A DNA stretch of 64,000 nucleotides from Candidatus Buchananbacteria bacterium (GCA_041664165.1 JBAYLH010000005.1:344-64343); one strand, 5' to 3'. Positions 18,666 to 29,490 are shown, counted from the first letter of the stretch. The notes: generated by a model from the sequence alone, not told the origin. A program made the numbers and translations.

Positions 18666-19685
18666 TTATTTAGTATTTCCAGCTAATTTCTTGATTTGCT
18701 CAATTATTTTTTTATCAACTTCAAGCCAGCCTCGCCGCAAAGCTATTTCTTTATTTTGATAGGCTTTCTTACCGGGTATAACAATTTCTTTAATCCCCTT
18801 CTTTCTTTTTACTGATTTAATTTCTTTAATAAACTGGCTATTTTTTTGCTTAAATTTTTTTAAAGAAGTAAAAACTGACGGATTAATGGCAATAAATAAA
18901 GCCCCCCTATATTTTTTGCCATATTTATCTTTTGAGCTGCCAATATCTTTTTTCTTGTATCCGATTTCCGCGTTCACCAAAGACCCGGTCAAAATCTCAA
19001 ATAAAATACCCAAGTTAAATCCTTTATAATCGCCAAAAGGCAGAGCGGCAAAAAAAGAATCGGGATCTTTAATAATTTCACCTTTTTTGTCGACAAAAGA
19101 ATCTTCTGGCAAATCGCGGCCTAATAGTTTGGCTAATTTAACTTCACTGATGGCTTTTTTTGAAATTGCCATGTCGCAAACAATCGGTTTTCCAAAAGTT
19201 GGAATGGCAAAACCAATCGGATTGGTAGCAAGTATTGCATCTAAACCACCAGGCGGCACCACAGTTGGCCCACCGCCGTTGATCAAGACTAAACCGATCA
19301 AATCATTTTCGGCAATTTTTTCCGCTTGGCTGCCCGGGCGCAGGAAAGGCAATGAATCATAAACTCCAACCATGGCAATCCCGGTTTTTTTAGCCATTTT
19401 TATTACTGCTTTAGTTGCTACGCCAGCCACCAATTGGCCAATCTGACCATTGGCATTCAGCAACAAAAAATTATTACTTTTTCGACTAACCAATATTTTT
19501 TTAGCCTTAGTCTGCCCCGCTTTTTCTATTACTCCTGAAAAACTTATTAAGCCATGAGTTATTTTACCCAAGAGTTCACCTTCAAGATAATCAGCCACAA
19601 CTATTTTTGCTTCAGCGGGTTTTAGTCCCCGCTTAATTAAAATTACTTCGCAAAGCCGTCGAATTTCCTTAATTTTGACCTTCAT
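18666..19685 (-). CDS. Ldh_2 family oxidoreductase (malate/L-lactate/sulfolactate dehydrogenase type)
   Basis: GKITHGL, VPPGG...ATNPIGFAIP, CDMAIS, LPFGDYKGFNL, IVIPG. Confidence 0.85.
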   Translation of the reverse strand: MKVKIKEIRRLCEVILIKRGLKPAEAKIVVADYLEGELLGKITHGLISFSGVIEKAGQTKAKKILVSRKSNNFLLLNANGQIGQLVAGVATKAVIKMAKKTGIAMVGVYDSLPFLRPGSQAEKIAENDLIGLVLINGGGPTVVPPGGLDAILATNPIGFAIPTFGKPIVCDMAISKKAISEVKLAKLLGRDLPEDSFVDKKGEIIKDPDSFFAALPFGDYKGFNLGILFEILTGSLVNAEIGYKKKDIGSSKDKYGKKYRGALFIAINPSVFTSLKKFKQKNSQFIKEIKSVKRKKGIKEIVIPGKKAYQNKEIALRRGWLEVDKKIIEQIKKLAGNTK

Positions 19686-19770
19686 ACGTGATCCAATTAA
19701 CTTTCTAAAATCTTTTCTTTAGTCTATCCACAATTCATAATTAATAATTTCTAATTAATAATTCTAACTC

Positions 19771-20811
19771 CTACCCCTTAGACACTAAAAACAAAATTAA
19801 CCCGATAATTGACGAAACCGCGGCCACGACCCAAAAGCGCATCACGATTTTCGGTTCCGGCCAGCCGATTGCTTCTAAATGATGATGCAAGGGCGAAGAA
19901 ATAAAAAACTTCCGGCCAAAAACTTTTTTCCAAAACATCTGGATTAAAACGGAAAATGTCTCCACCACAAAAATAAAACCGATAATCGGCAAAAACAAGG
20001 CGGCATTAGTCAGCATCGCAATAATTCCCAAAGTTACTCCCAAAGACGTTGAACCGGTATCGCCCATAAAAAATCGGGCCGGATTGATATTAAACCACAA
20101 AAAAGCCAAAAGCGCGCCCATAATCACCCCGCAAAAAGCCGCTAAGTTATACCGGCCCTGGGAAAAAGAAATAACGCCGTAAGCCGCAAAAGCCGCCAGT
20201 AAAGTGCCGCCGGCCAAACCATCAAGCCCGTCAGTTAGGTTAACGGCGTGCGCTGTGCCGATAATGACAAAAATGAAAAACGGAATATACCACCAGCCGA
20301 TATCGAAATAACCGGCAAATGGAATATACAGCGTTGTCCACCCCAATTTGTAGTAAAACCACCAGGCGCCGACAACGGCAATTAAGCCATAAATCAAAAA
20401 ACGATGGCGCATCCGCAAACCGCCGCCGTCTTTTCCCATCCGCCAAATATCAAACAAATCATCAACCAAACCGACCAGAGCCGAAGCGACTAAAGCACCA
20501 AGGGGCAATAAGGTTTCGCTGCGGGACAAAAAATCCAACTTGCCCAAAAAACCGCCGAAGAACTGGTTGAGATAAAAAAACAAAAGCATTAAAAATAAGG
20601 TTGTTCCCCAGACCAAAACGCCGCCCATCGTCGGCGTACCGGCTTTTTTTTGGTGCATACTGGCAAAAACCGGCGCGACTTTGGCGTCCCGAATTCCCTT
20701 GCCCAAATGATATTTGTATAAAAAATAAGTTAAAAACGGCGTCCAGGCCAAAGTCAGGATAAAAGACACCGTCGCCAAAAAAAAGACTTTTACAAGATAA
20801 AAATCAACCAT
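19771..20811 (-). CDS. mraY: Phospho-N-acetylmuramoyl-pentapeptide transferase
   Basis: KKAGTPTMGG, GLVDD, VNLTDGLDGL, FMGDTGS, PLHHHLE. Confidence 0.97.
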   Translation of the reverse strand: MVDFYLVKVFFLATVSFILTLAWTPFLTYFLYKYHLGKGIRDAKVAPVFASMHQKKAGTPTMGGVLVWGTTLFLMLLFFYLNQFFGGFLGKLDFLSRSETLLPLGALVASALVGLVDDLFDIWRMGKDGGGLRMRHRFLIYGLIAVVGAWWFYYKLGWTTLYIPFAGYFDIGWWYIPFFIFVIIGTAHAVNLTDGLDGLAGGTLLAAFAAYGVISFSQGRYNLAAFCGVIMGALLAFLWFNINPARFFMGDTGSTSLGVTLGIIAMLTNAALFLPIIGFIFVVETFSVLIQMFWKKVFGRKFFISSPLHHHLEAIGWPEPKIVMRFWVVAAVSSIIGLILFLVSKG

Positions 20812-20814
20812 AGC

Positions 20815-21186
20815 TTAAAAATTGGCTAAAATGATTAAAAAAACCGCGATCCCCAAGATAACCTGGATAAAAGTAGTAACCGCCGCTAAAAGCTGACTCA
20901 AAATAATTTCTTTCTGATAAACCAGCCCGGCTAAAAGAAAATTTATAAAAATAAAGGCCAGCCCCAAACCCGGCAAAAAGAATATCTGGTACCAAGCTGC
21001 CAACAAATCAATGCCAAAATAAATATTGTAATGCAAAGCCAAAGATTCCGTAAAACTTCCGGCCTGACTAAAAATCCAAAGCCAGATGCTGAGATTAAAA
21101 AGCAGGCTTAAGAAAAAATTAATCCGGATGAACTTATTACGGGAATAATAATTGGCTAAAATCGGATTTTGCCGGCGGAAAAACAT
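20815..21186 (-). CDS. Conserved-type three-TM membrane protein
   Basis: LHYNIYFGID motif between hydrophobic helices; directly upstream of mraY. Confidence 0.7.
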   Translation of the reverse strand: MFFRRQNPILANYYSRNKFIRINFFLSLLFNLSIWLWIFSQAGSFTESLALHYNIYFGIDLLAAWYQIFFLPGLGLAFIFINFLLAGLVYQKEIILSQLLAAVTTFIQVILGIAVFLIILANF

Positions 21187-21430
21187 TTTTTTGCTAATTT
21201 AATTACTACTACTAATAATAATAACTATTTGCCTTTTTGTCCACCTCCTCCTCCGTTAGAAATCTGGGTGTTTTCGGACAATATTAACTAGTATTAACTA
21301 AAAAACTAAACGAAGCGCTAGATGACAGGTTTAAGCTTAGCTCATAATTTCCGGCGCGATTCCCCTTTTGAAAAAATTAATTTTATGGTATAATACGGCC
21401 AGGTAAACAACTATCCTTTCCACCAATTTT

Positions 21431-23158
21431 ATGTTTAATGACACCCAAATAAAAAAAATCCTGACTGAAACAAAAACAGTCGGCGAAAAAGAAATTGATA
21501 TCTGCATCGAAGAAGCCAAAAAAAGAAACCAAAAACTGGAAGAATACGTCATCAGCCAAAAAATTATCGGCGAAGAACAGCTCTACGAAGCCGCGGCAAA
21601 ATTTTTCGACTTGCCGTTTATTAATCTCAAAAATGAGACTATCCGCAAGGATATTCTTTTTTTAATCCCTGAAGCCATTGCCTCATCCCACAAAATCATT
21701 GCTTTTGACAAAAATGAGACTGAATTAAAAATTGCCACTTTGAACCCGGAAGATTTGGAAATATTTGAATTTTTGGGCAAAAAAACCGGTTTAGAAGTAA
21801 AAACTTTTCTTACCACGCCTGAAGGCATCGGCGAAGGAATAAAAAACTACCACAAAGGCTTAAAAGCTGAATTCCAGGACTTAACCAAAGAAGAAACCAA
21901 TACAGAGCTAGAAGGCAATACCAAATTGAAAGAATTAGCCCATGACCTGCCGGTGATCCGCATTGTCGATACCTTGCTCGAATATGCCATTTTTGAGAAT
22001 GCTTCGGATATTCACATTGAACCGACCGAAAAAGAAGTGGTTGTCCGCTACCGGATTGACGGCGTCTTGCGCAATGTGATGACCTTGCCCAAAACCATTC
22101 ATGCCGGAATCGTCGCCAGAATCAAAATTCTATCAAACCTCAAACTCGACGAGCACCGCCTGCCTCAGGACAGCCGCTTTAAGATTGAAACCAATGCCTA
22201 CAAAGTCTCTTTCCGGGTTTCGATTATCCCGGCCTACGACGGGGAAAAAATCGTTTTACGGGCCTTAAACGAAGCCACCAGCGTCATTACTTTGGAACAG
22301 CTTGGTTTCCAGCGGGAGCCACTGGAAAAAATGAGAAGAAATATTAAAAAACCCCACGGCCTAATTCTAGTCACCGGCCCGACCGGTTCGGGTAAAACTA
22401 CGACTCTTTATGCCGTTTTAAATATTTTAAACCGGCCGGAAGTTAATATTACCACCGTTGAAGACCCGATTGAATACCGCATGCCCGGCATTAACCAAAG
22501 CCAGGTCAACCCGAAAATCGGCTATACTTTTGCCGGCGCTCTCCGAGCCTTTTTGCGGCAAGACCCAAATATCATTATGGTCGGCGAAATCCGAGACCAG
22601 GAAACCGCCGAAATTGCCATTCACGCCGCTTTAACCGGCCATTTGGTTTTATCCACTCTGCATACTAACGACGCGCCGACTACTCTGCCCCGGTTAAGCG
22701 AAATGGGAATTCCGGCCTTTTTGGTCGCCTCAACCTGCAATTTAATCGTGGCCCAAAGGCTGGTCAGAAAAATCTGCCAGGATTGCCTGGAAAGCTATAC
22801 TTTAACCAAAATAGAAATTGACAAACTGGAAAAACAAATCAACTTGACTTCAATTTTAGAAACTTTGGAAAAAGAAAATTTAATCACCAAAAAACAGACT
22901 AAAGAATCACTGCTTTTTTACCGCGGCAAAGGCTGTAAAAAATGCGATAAAACCGGCTACAAAGGCCGGGTTGGCCTTTACGAAGTTTTAGAAATTACTT
23001 CGGAAATTTCCGATTTGATTTTACAAGGCGCGCCGGCCAAAGCGATTCAAAAAGCCGGCAAAGACCAGGGAATGTTAACCGTGATCGAAGACGGTTTTAT
23101 CAAAGCCAAAACCGGAATTACCACGATTGAAGAGGTTTTGAGAGTGACTAAAGATTAA
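21431..23158 (+). CDS. pilB: Type IV pilus assembly ATPase (PilB/GspE family)
   Basis: ASDIHIEP, GPTGSGKTT, EDPIEY, LRQDPNIIMVGEIRD, TGHLVLSTLH, Cys4 zinc motif; TGGTATAAT upstream. Confidence 0.93.
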   Translation: MFNDTQIKKILTETKTVGEKEIDICIEEAKKRNQKLEEYVISQKIIGEEQLYEAAAKFFDLPFINLKNETIRKDILFLIPEAIASSHKIIAFDKNETELKIATLNPEDLEIFEFLGKKTGLEVKTFLTTPEGIGEGIKNYHKGLKAEFQDLTKEETNTELEGNTKLKELAHDLPVIRIVDTLLEYAIFENASDIHIEPTEKEVVVRYRIDGVLRNVMTLPKTIHAGIVARIKILSNLKLDEHRLPQDSRFKIETNAYKVSFRVSIIPAYDGEKIVLRALNEATSVITLEQLGFQREPLEKMRRNIKKPHGLILVTGPTGSGKTTTLYAVLNILNRPEVNITTVEDPIEYRMPGINQSQVNPKIGYTFAGALRAFLRQDPNIIMVGEIRDQETAEIAIHAALTGHLVLSTLHTNDAPTTLPRLSEMGIPAFLVASTCNLIVAQRLVRKICQDCLESYTLTKIEIDKLEKQINLTSILETLEKENLITKKQTKESLLFYRGKGCKKCDKTGYKGRVGLYEVLEITSEISDLILQGAPAKAIQKAGKDQGMLTVIEDGFIKAKTGITTIEEVLRVTKD

Positions 23159-23176
23159 GCTTTTTAAAAAAACAAA

Positions 23177-24265
23177 ATGAACCTGACTGATTTTTTAGCC
23201 AAAATTACCGGTTTGATCAAAACTCCAAAAAAAGTCAACCTGGCCCAAAAGATATTTTTTGTCCAGCAGCTGGGCGTGATGCTCCGAGCCGGTATTTCTT
23301 TATCAATTGCTTTAAAAACTTTATCCGAACAGACTTCCGCCAAGGGCTTTCGGCTGATTCTCTCCGATTTGCAGCAAGGAGTCGAAAAAGGAAACCTCTT
23401 GTCCAAGGGTTTGGAAAAATACCAAAAAACTTTCGGCGAACTTTTTATCAATATGGTCAGAGCCGGCGAAGCTTCGGGCAAACTGGAAGATGTTTTAAAA
23501 CAGCTGTTTACTCAGATGAAAAAAGACCATGACATTATTGCCAAGGTTAAAGGCGCCATGATTTATCCGGCCATTGTCGTTACCATGATGATTGCCATCG
23601 GCATCTTGGTTTTGGTTTATGTCATTCCGACTATGTCGAGCGTCTTTACGGAAATGAATATCGAGTTGCCGCTACCCACCAGAATTTTAATCGGCAGCAG
23701 CGATTTTGCTCTAAAATATGGCATCTTCATTTTGGCCGCTCTTATTGTTCTGATCATTGTCTTTCAAAGACTAGCCAGTCTGCCGGCCGGCAAAAAAAAA
23801 TTCCATCAAGTTTTACTGAAAATTCCGGTTGCCGGCGGCATTATCCAAAAAATAAACTTGGCTCGGTTTTGCCGAACCTTGAGTTCGCTGCTAAAAACTG
23901 ACATTCCGATTGTCCAGTCGTTTGAAATCACTGCCCGGATTTTAGGCAATGTTGTTTACAAAAATGCTTTGTTTGAGGCCAAGGAAAAAATCAAAAAAGG
24001 CATCAGCATCCAGGAATCTTTGAAACCGCATATCAAGCTCTTTCCGCCGGTGGTTTTGCAAATGATCATGGTTGGCGAGGAAACCGGCGCGCTGGATAAT
24101 ATCTTGGAAGAATCGGCCAACTTCTACGAAGAAGAAGTCAACCAGGTTATGACCAACTTGCCTTCGATAATCGAGCCGCTGTTAATGGTTATTTTAGGCG
24201 TTGGCGTCGGCGGCATGGCCGTAGCCGTCATTATGCCGATGTATTCCCTAAGTCAGCAAATTTAA
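23177..24265 (+). CDS. pilC: Type IV pilus platform protein (PilC/GspF family)
   Basis: AGEASGKL, AMIYP, LPLPT, VGEETGAL, IEP. Confidence 0.92.
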   Translation: MNLTDFLAKITGLIKTPKKVNLAQKIFFVQQLGVMLRAGISLSIALKTLSEQTSAKGFRLILSDLQQGVEKGNLLSKGLEKYQKTFGELFINMVRAGEASGKLEDVLKQLFTQMKKDHDIIAKVKGAMIYPAIVVTMMIAIGILVLVYVIPTMSSVFTEMNIELPLPTRILIGSSDFALKYGIFILAALIVLIIVFQRLASLPAGKKKFHQVLLKIPVAGGIIQKINLARFCRTLSSLLKTDIPIVQSFEITARILGNVVYKNALFEAKEKIKKGISIQESLKPHIKLFPPVVLQMIMVGEETGALDNILEESANFYEEEVNQVMTNLPSIIEPLLMVILGVGVGGMAVAVIMPMYSLSQQI

Positions 24266-24268
24266 ATT

Positions 24269-24706
24269 ATGAGAAATAAAGGCTTTTCGATAGTTGAATT
24301 AATGATTGCCTTAACGGTAGTAGTTTTAATTTCCTTAATTTCTTTGCCGTTATTTATCACCTACCAAAAAACTACCAAGCTAAAAAGTGAATCCAGAATT
24401 TTAGTGTCTAACTTAAGATTAGCTCAGCAGCTAGCTATTACCGAACAAAATATTTATGACCTCAAACTTTTCCCCGACACTAAAACTTACCAAATAATCA
24501 ATGAGAAAGACAGCAGCATAAAAAAAACCGTGGTTTTAAACCCGGAAGTTTCAATTGCCGAAGTTACCGGTTTTACGGCTAATACCATCCGCTTTGTGGC
24601 TACCGGCGCCGTCATCGAAACCGGTACCATCCTGCTGTCAAACACTAATAATAACACTACGACTTTACAAATTAAACCTTCCGGTTATGTTGAGCTTTCC
24701 GAATAA
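24269..24706 (+). CDS. Minor pilin (FimT/GspH-like)
   Basis: Prepilin motif KG/FSIVEL followed by a hydrophobic helix. Confidence 0.85.
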   Translation: MRNKGFSIVELMIALTVVVLISLISLPLFITYQKTTKLKSESRILVSNLRLAQQLAITEQNIYDLKLFPDTKTYQIINEKDSSIKKTVVLNPEVSIAEVTGFTANTIRFVATGAVIETGTILLSNTNNNTTTLQIKPSGYVELSE

Positions 24707-25121
24707 AAACAAGGGTTTTTCTATCATCGAAGGCACCCTGGCAATTGCCGTCTTGATCATCGGTTTGATGGCAATAATGCAAGTTTTTCCTTTTGGCTTA
24801 AAAGTGATCGGCGATTCCCAAAATACCACCATTGCCTCAAGCGTGGCTTTGGAAAAAATTGAAGAATTAAGATCGGTTCAATATGACAGCTTGGCAACTG
24901 GAACAATTGAAGCCAAGCATCATTTGTCAGCTGATGCCGGAAACTATTTATATAGCTATCAGCGGCAAACCATTGTCGAATTAGTTGATGCTAATTTCAA
25001 TCAAAGCGGGACTGACATCGGTTTAAAAAAAATTACCGTCACGGTTTTTTGGGTTTCGCCGGTCGGCTTTGCCGAAAAGTCAATTCAGTTAAATTCAATC
25101 GTCGCTAAAACTGCTGATTAA
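24687..25121 (+). CDS. Minor pilin (PilV-like)
   Basis: KG/FSIIE motif; start adjusted to the ATG at 24687; LKKITVTVFW. Confidence 0.82.
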   Translation: MLSFPNKNKGFSIIEGTLAIAVLIIGLMAIMQVFPFGLKVIGDSQNTTIASSVALEKIEELRSVQYDSLATGTIEAKHHLSADAGNYLYSYQRQTIVELVDANFNQSGTDIGLKKITVTVFWVSPVGFAEKSIQLNSIVAKTAD

Positions 25122-25128
25122 CTTCATA

Positions 25129-25698
25129 ATGAATAAGCTGCTAAAAAACCAAAAAGGATTTACCTTGGCCGAATTGATAATATCGGTCATGATTATTTTG
25201 CTGATTTTAATAATCATTGCCAGCGTTTTTTCCTTAAACCAAAAAGTCTTCCGAAAAAGCAATCTCAAAGCCGAGTTGGATCAAAATGCCAGAATCACCC
25301 TTGATTTAATGGCTCGGGAAATCAGGCAGGCCAAAGCTTTAGTCACTGCTCTGCCGGCCGATAATTCCAACCCGGCTTTGGTTCCCCATGAAATTCAATT
25401 TGAAGACGGCCACAACACAACACAAATCCAATACATCAGATATTATTTAGACGGCGGCAATTTGAACCGGCAAACCATTGTTTATTATTTTGATACCAGC
25501 CCCGGTGTTTATGTCCGCTACAATGACGTCGATGCTTTTGGCGCTCCCGAATCAAATATTTTAGAAGATAAAGTCATCAGTGAAAATTTTTCGGCCCTTG
25601 ATTTTTACGGCACTGAAAACATTACTATTGATTTAACTTTAACCAAGCGCGGAGAACAAGTACAAATCAGATCGATTATCAACCCGCGGAATATTTAA
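25129..25698 (+). CDS. Minor pilin (PilW-like)
   Basis: KG/FTLAEL; QNARITLDLMAREIRQA. Confidence 0.85.
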   Translation: MNKLLKNQKGFTLAELIISVMIILLILIIIASVFSLNQKVFRKSNLKAELDQNARITLDLMAREIRQAKALVTALPADNSNPALVPHEIQFEDGHNTTQIQYIRYYLDGGNLNRQTIVYYFDTSPGVYVRYNDVDAFGAPESNILEDKVISENFSALDFYGTENITIDLTLTKRGEQVQIRSIINPRNI

Positions 25699-25710
25699 CC
25701 ATAAAAAAAT

Positions 25711-26910
25711 ATGAATTTAAAGAAAAGAAAAGGCTTTATTTTAATCATGTCAGTTTTGGTTTTATCAACCTTGCTAATGGTCGGAACTTATCTGCTGTCC
25801 AATGCCAATTCGGAAAGCAAAATCTCCAAAGTCCAGTTTCTGGCGACAAAAAATTATTACCTGGCGGAAACCGGCATCCACGATATGATTTGGAAAATTC
25901 AAAATGATGCCGCAACCAGACAGGCTTTTTTGAACGGCACTTTGAGCAGCAGCAATAATATCACTAAAACTAATATCTTCGGCGATGCCGCGGCCAGCTA
26001 CCAAGTCACTGCCGCTAATACCACCACTTCCGAAGCCTGGATTATTGCCACTTCCACTTATCAAATCGGCAATAATATCTCTCAGCGAGTAGTGAAATCA
26101 TACATCAGCAAGGCAACCGGCAGCACTGCCGACTGGGAATTCACCGTTTTCGCCGGCGGGCGAGGCTCCCAGCAAAATGGCAATTTTAATTTTACCGGAT
26201 CAGGAGTAATCCTGACGTCAACCGGTGGCCGGCTTCATGCCAACCAGCTTCTAAAAATTAAAGGCGGCGAATTAAAAATTAATAACGGCGGCATCACTGC
26301 CAGCAATAACATTATCGTCAACGCCGGCGGCAAATTAACCTTAAATAATAGCTATCAAGAGGCTCCCACTAGCACCATTGATACACTGCAAATTGATTTT
26401 GACTCCGCCTTGCCAACCTCTTGGAAAAACCGCGCCGACACAACCTATACCTCGGCTCAATTTTCCAATTTGGCCAATAACACCACTTTAAACGGCATTA
26501 TTTATGTTACCGGCGCCGCCAGCATCACTGGTAAAAATATGACCATTAATGGCGTATTGGTCGCCAGCGGTAATCTTTCCATCACTAACGCCGGCAATAC
26601 TTTTGTAATTAATGCCGATCCGGTCAAAGGCGGCGGGCTTTTATCCAAGGGTAATATCTCAATTACCACTTCGGGCGGCAGCGTAACAGTTAATGGCCTG
26701 ATTTATTCGGGCAATAAACTGAGCATGACCAGCGCCGGAACTAATTTTACTATCAACGGCAGTATGAGCGGTTTTGACGCCGATGTTACCGCCAGCGGCG
26801 GCTCAATAATTTTAAACTATACCCCGGCTAACTTTCAGCCGGTAATAGACCCTACGTATAATTCCACCTCGCCGATAATTCAAATCAACCACTGGGAAGA
26901 ACAATACTAA
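25711..26910 (+). CDS. Large PilX-like minor pilin with Gly/Asn/Thr-rich beta-solenoid-like C-terminus
   Basis: KG/FILIM lacking Glu5, YYLAETGI, repeated NGIIYV/NGVLVA/NGLIYS, terminal WEE. Confidence 0.8.
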   Translation: MNLKKRKGFILIMSVLVLSTLLMVGTYLLSNANSESKISKVQFLATKNYYLAETGIHDMIWKIQNDAATRQAFLNGTLSSSNNITKTNIFGDAAASYQVTAANTTTSEAWIIATSTYQIGNNISQRVVKSYISKATGSTADWEFTVFAGGRGSQQNGNFNFTGSGVILTSTGGRLHANQLLKIKGGELKINNGGITASNNIIVNAGGKLTLNNSYQEAPTSTIDTLQIDFDSALPTSWKNRADTTYTSAQFSNLANNTTLNGIIYVTGAASITGKNMTINGVLVASGNLSITNAGNTFVINADPVKGGGLLSKGNISITTSGGSVTVNGLIYSGNKLSMTSAGTNFTINGSMSGFDADVTASGGSIILNYTPANFQPVIDPTYNSTSPIIQINHWEEQY

Positions 26911-26951
26911 ATTTAATTGTTTAATTATTTCATCACTGATATAATAGATAT

Positions 26952-28010
26952 ATGATTTTTGATGTCAATAAAAATATTTTCGGCCTTGATATTAGCGATC
27001 GGGCCTTACGGCTTGTCCAGCTCAAAAAATCGGGAAATAAAATAATCCTGGCTTCTTATAATGCCTTAGAAATACCGGCTGATGTTATCGCCGGCGGCGA
27101 AATCAAGCAAGAAGAAAAACTAGCTGAACTAATCAAAAAATTAGTTAAGACAGCTAACGGTAAAAAAATTAAGACAAAAAATACGGTAACCGTCTTGCCG
27201 GAAACTAAAACTTTTATTAAAGTAATCGATGTTCCTTCGGTTGGCAACGATGAAGAGCTGGCCGAAATTATCAAAGAAGAAATTAAAAATCATATTCCGC
27301 TGAGCTCAGACGAAATCTACTTGGATTGGCAAATTTTAGCAAAACAATCAGGATCAACAAAAGTGCTAATTGGCGCCGCTCCGAAATACATCGTTGATTC
27401 TTATTTCTCCGTGATCGAAAAAAGCGGCCTCGTGCCTTATGCTTTGGAGATCGAATCAGCGGCAATTGTCCGCAGCTTATTTGCCAAAGATGATAAAACC
27501 GCCAAAATTATTGTTGATTTCGGCGCCGTCCGGACCGGTTTAATTATTTATAGCCAAAAGGCAATCCCTTTCACTATCACTCTGCCGATTTCCGGCAATA
27601 AAATTACGGATACCATTGCTACAACTTTAAAGCTAGACCCGCTAAAAGCCGAGAAAGCTAAAATTGTCTGCGGTCTTGATCCAAAAAAATGCGAAGGCGC
27701 ATTGCTGAAAATTCTGCTTAAACCGATCCAAAGTATCGCTGACCAGATCAAAAAAGCGATAATTTTTTATAAAAGTAATTTCTCAATCAATAATGAAATT
27801 TCCGAAGTCATCCTTTGCGGCGGCGGCGCTAATTTTTCTAATATCGACAAAATTCTGGCCGAAAAATTAAATCTGACAGTAAAAATCGGCAATCCCCTGA
27901 CTAATATTGCAAAAACTAAAAAAATCAAAATCCCGCCAGATAAAATTTTATCCTATACTACGGCAATCGGCCTGGCCCTGAGGGCTTTTCAAAAAAAAGA
28001 CGTAATATGA
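26952..28010 (+). CDS. pilM: Type IV pilus assembly protein PilM
   Basis: FGLDIS, IVDFGA, ILCGGGA, TAIGLALR (actin-like ATPase fold). Confidence 0.92.
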   Translation: MIFDVNKNIFGLDISDRALRLVQLKKSGNKIILASYNALEIPADVIAGGEIKQEEKLAELIKKLVKTANGKKIKTKNTVTVLPETKTFIKVIDVPSVGNDEELAEIIKEEIKNHIPLSSDEIYLDWQILAKQSGSTKVLIGAAPKYIVDSYFSVIEKSGLVPYALEIESAAIVRSLFAKDDKTAKIIVDFGAVRTGLIIYSQKAIPFTITLPISGNKITDTIATTLKLDPLKAEKAKIVCGLDPKKCEGALLKILLKPIQSIADQIKKAIIFYKSNFSINNEISEVILCGGGANFSNIDKILAEKLNLTVKIGNPLTNIAKTKKIKIPPDKILSYTTAIGLALRAFQKKDVI

Positions 28011-28549
28011 TTACCCTTAACTTAATTTCACCGGAAAAAAAGCAGGAGCTCCGCTTGACCCAGCTTTATTTAGTGATCAAAAATTTAATTATTTTAGTTC
28101 TGCTTTTAACTATCATGATCGGCATCGTTCTTTTAGTCACCAAGGCAATACTGCAAAATTATTTTAATGACGTAATAAATGAAACGACGCTGACCACCAA
28201 GTACGCTTCGATTTTTAATAAGGAGCTTAAAGAATTCAATAAACAGATCCGATCGGTGGAAAGCATCCAGAAAAATTATATTTCCTGGCCTAATTTCTTT
28301 ATTGATTTCGCCAAACTGATACCAACCGATGTTAAAATTAATGATTTTACCATTAATAACAACAAAATATTAATCACTGGCGACGCCAAAACCAGGGAAA
28401 AACTCTTAGAGTTTAAAGGCAATTTGGAAAAATCAAACCTTTTGAGCAACGTGGCGATTCCTTTGGAAAATTTGCTTAAAAAAGTTGATGTTGTTTTCAA
28501 TGTTAAGGCTGATATTAATTTGGACAAAATAAAAAACTATGAAAATTAA
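28007..28549 (+). CDS. pilN: PilN-like protein
   Basis: LNLI motif, single TM helix, ITG; follows pilM. Confidence 0.75.
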   Translation: MITLNLISPEKKQELRLTQLYLVIKNLIILVLLLTIMIGIVLLVTKAILQNYFNDVINETTLTTKYASIFNKELKEFNKQIRSVESIQKNYISWPNFFIDFAKLIPTDVKINDFTINNNKILITGDAKTREKLLEFKGNLEKSNLLSNVAIPLENLLKKVDVVFNVKADINLDKIKNYEN

Positions 28550-29081
28550 ACAAAAAATCATTATATTTTTAGCCATAGTTTTGTTTATTACCGGCTTAGT
28601 TATTTATTTCGTAATTTTACCAACCGTTAATGACATAAAAAAAATCAGCAGCGATATTTATGCCGAAAGAATCGACTTGGAAAAAAAATACCAGCGAGGC
28701 CAGCTGCTCAAAAAAACTATCGCCGATTTTGAAAAAATTAAACCCCAAAAAGACAGATTATCCAGTATTTTTATCGTTAGCGGCAATGAATTAAAATTTA
28801 TTACCGACTTGGAAGAAATCGCCGCTTTGCATAAATTGACCCAAAATCTCAATTTACAGCCGATAAAAAATTTAGAAGACGGGAGCTTCTACTCTTCGCC
28901 TTTGGAAATCAAAACTTTAGGCGGGTTTACCGAAACCCTGAAATACCTTAAAGACTTAGAAAAATTAACTTACTATTTCAATATTTCTTCTCTGGAGTTC
29001 AGATCCGACGACCAGACTGGCTTAATCAGTAACACTGTCTCAGGAAAAATTTATTTTACAGAAGATCAAACGAAACAATAA
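28539..29081 (+). CDS. pilO: PilO-like protein
   Basis: N-terminal TM helix, coiled coil, GGF...YLKDLEKL; operon position. Confidence 0.72.
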   Translation: MKIKQKIIIFLAIVLFITGLVIYFVILPTVNDIKKISSDIYAERIDLEKKYQRGQLLKKTIADFEKIKPQKDRLSSIFIVSGNELKFITDLEEIAALHKLTQNLNLQPIKNLEDGSFYSSPLEIKTLGGFTETLKYLKDLEKLTYYFNISSLEFRSDDQTGLISNTVSGKIYFTEDQTKQ

Positions 29082-29082
29082 T

Positions 29083-29439
29083 ATGACATTTAAACTGCCA
29101 AAAATAAAAATATTTAATGTCTTGCTTTCTTTGAAATATTTTTATTTCCTGATGCTTCTCTTGGTAATTGCCGTATTAATTTTTGTCGGTCTGTTCCTCT
29201 ACAAAAATTTTTACCAGACCATCACTCAGTCGCAAGAAATTATCCTCCTCAGGCAAGAAGTGGCTCCTGACGTGATAAATATGGATAAGGTTGAAAAAAT
29301 TCTGAAACTTTTAGATCAGAAAGCTACTACCACTGAAGAAATAAACTGGCAAGACGTCAAAAACCCTTTTATTTTTCAAACCGCGCCAAAAATTGAATCT
29401 CCGGAAATATCAGCTAACCCGCCAGCGGTTAAAAACTAA
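29083..29439 (+). CDS. Hypothetical bitopic protein at the end of the pil operon
   Basis: Single TM helix, KNPF motif, operon position. Confidence 0.6.
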   Translation: MTFKLPKIKIFNVLLSLKYFYFLMLLLVIAVLIFVGLFLYKNFYQTITQSQEIILLRQEVAPDVINMDKVEKILKLLDQKATTTEEINWQDVKNPFIFQTAPKIESPEISANPPAVKN

Positions 29440-29452
29440 AAAAATAAACATC

Positions 29453-29490
29453 AAAAAACACCCCCGGCAAAAGCCGAGGTGTTTTTTTAT
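29453..29490. terminator. Bidirectional intrinsic terminator
   Basis: aaaaaacacccccggc-aaaa-gccgaggtgttttttt between convergent operons. Confidence 0.8.

Noticed and set aside
21431-29439. Type II secretion system or a novel pilus type
   Set aside because: PilMNO plus minor pilins without a secretin is the expected type IV pilus layout for this kind of organism
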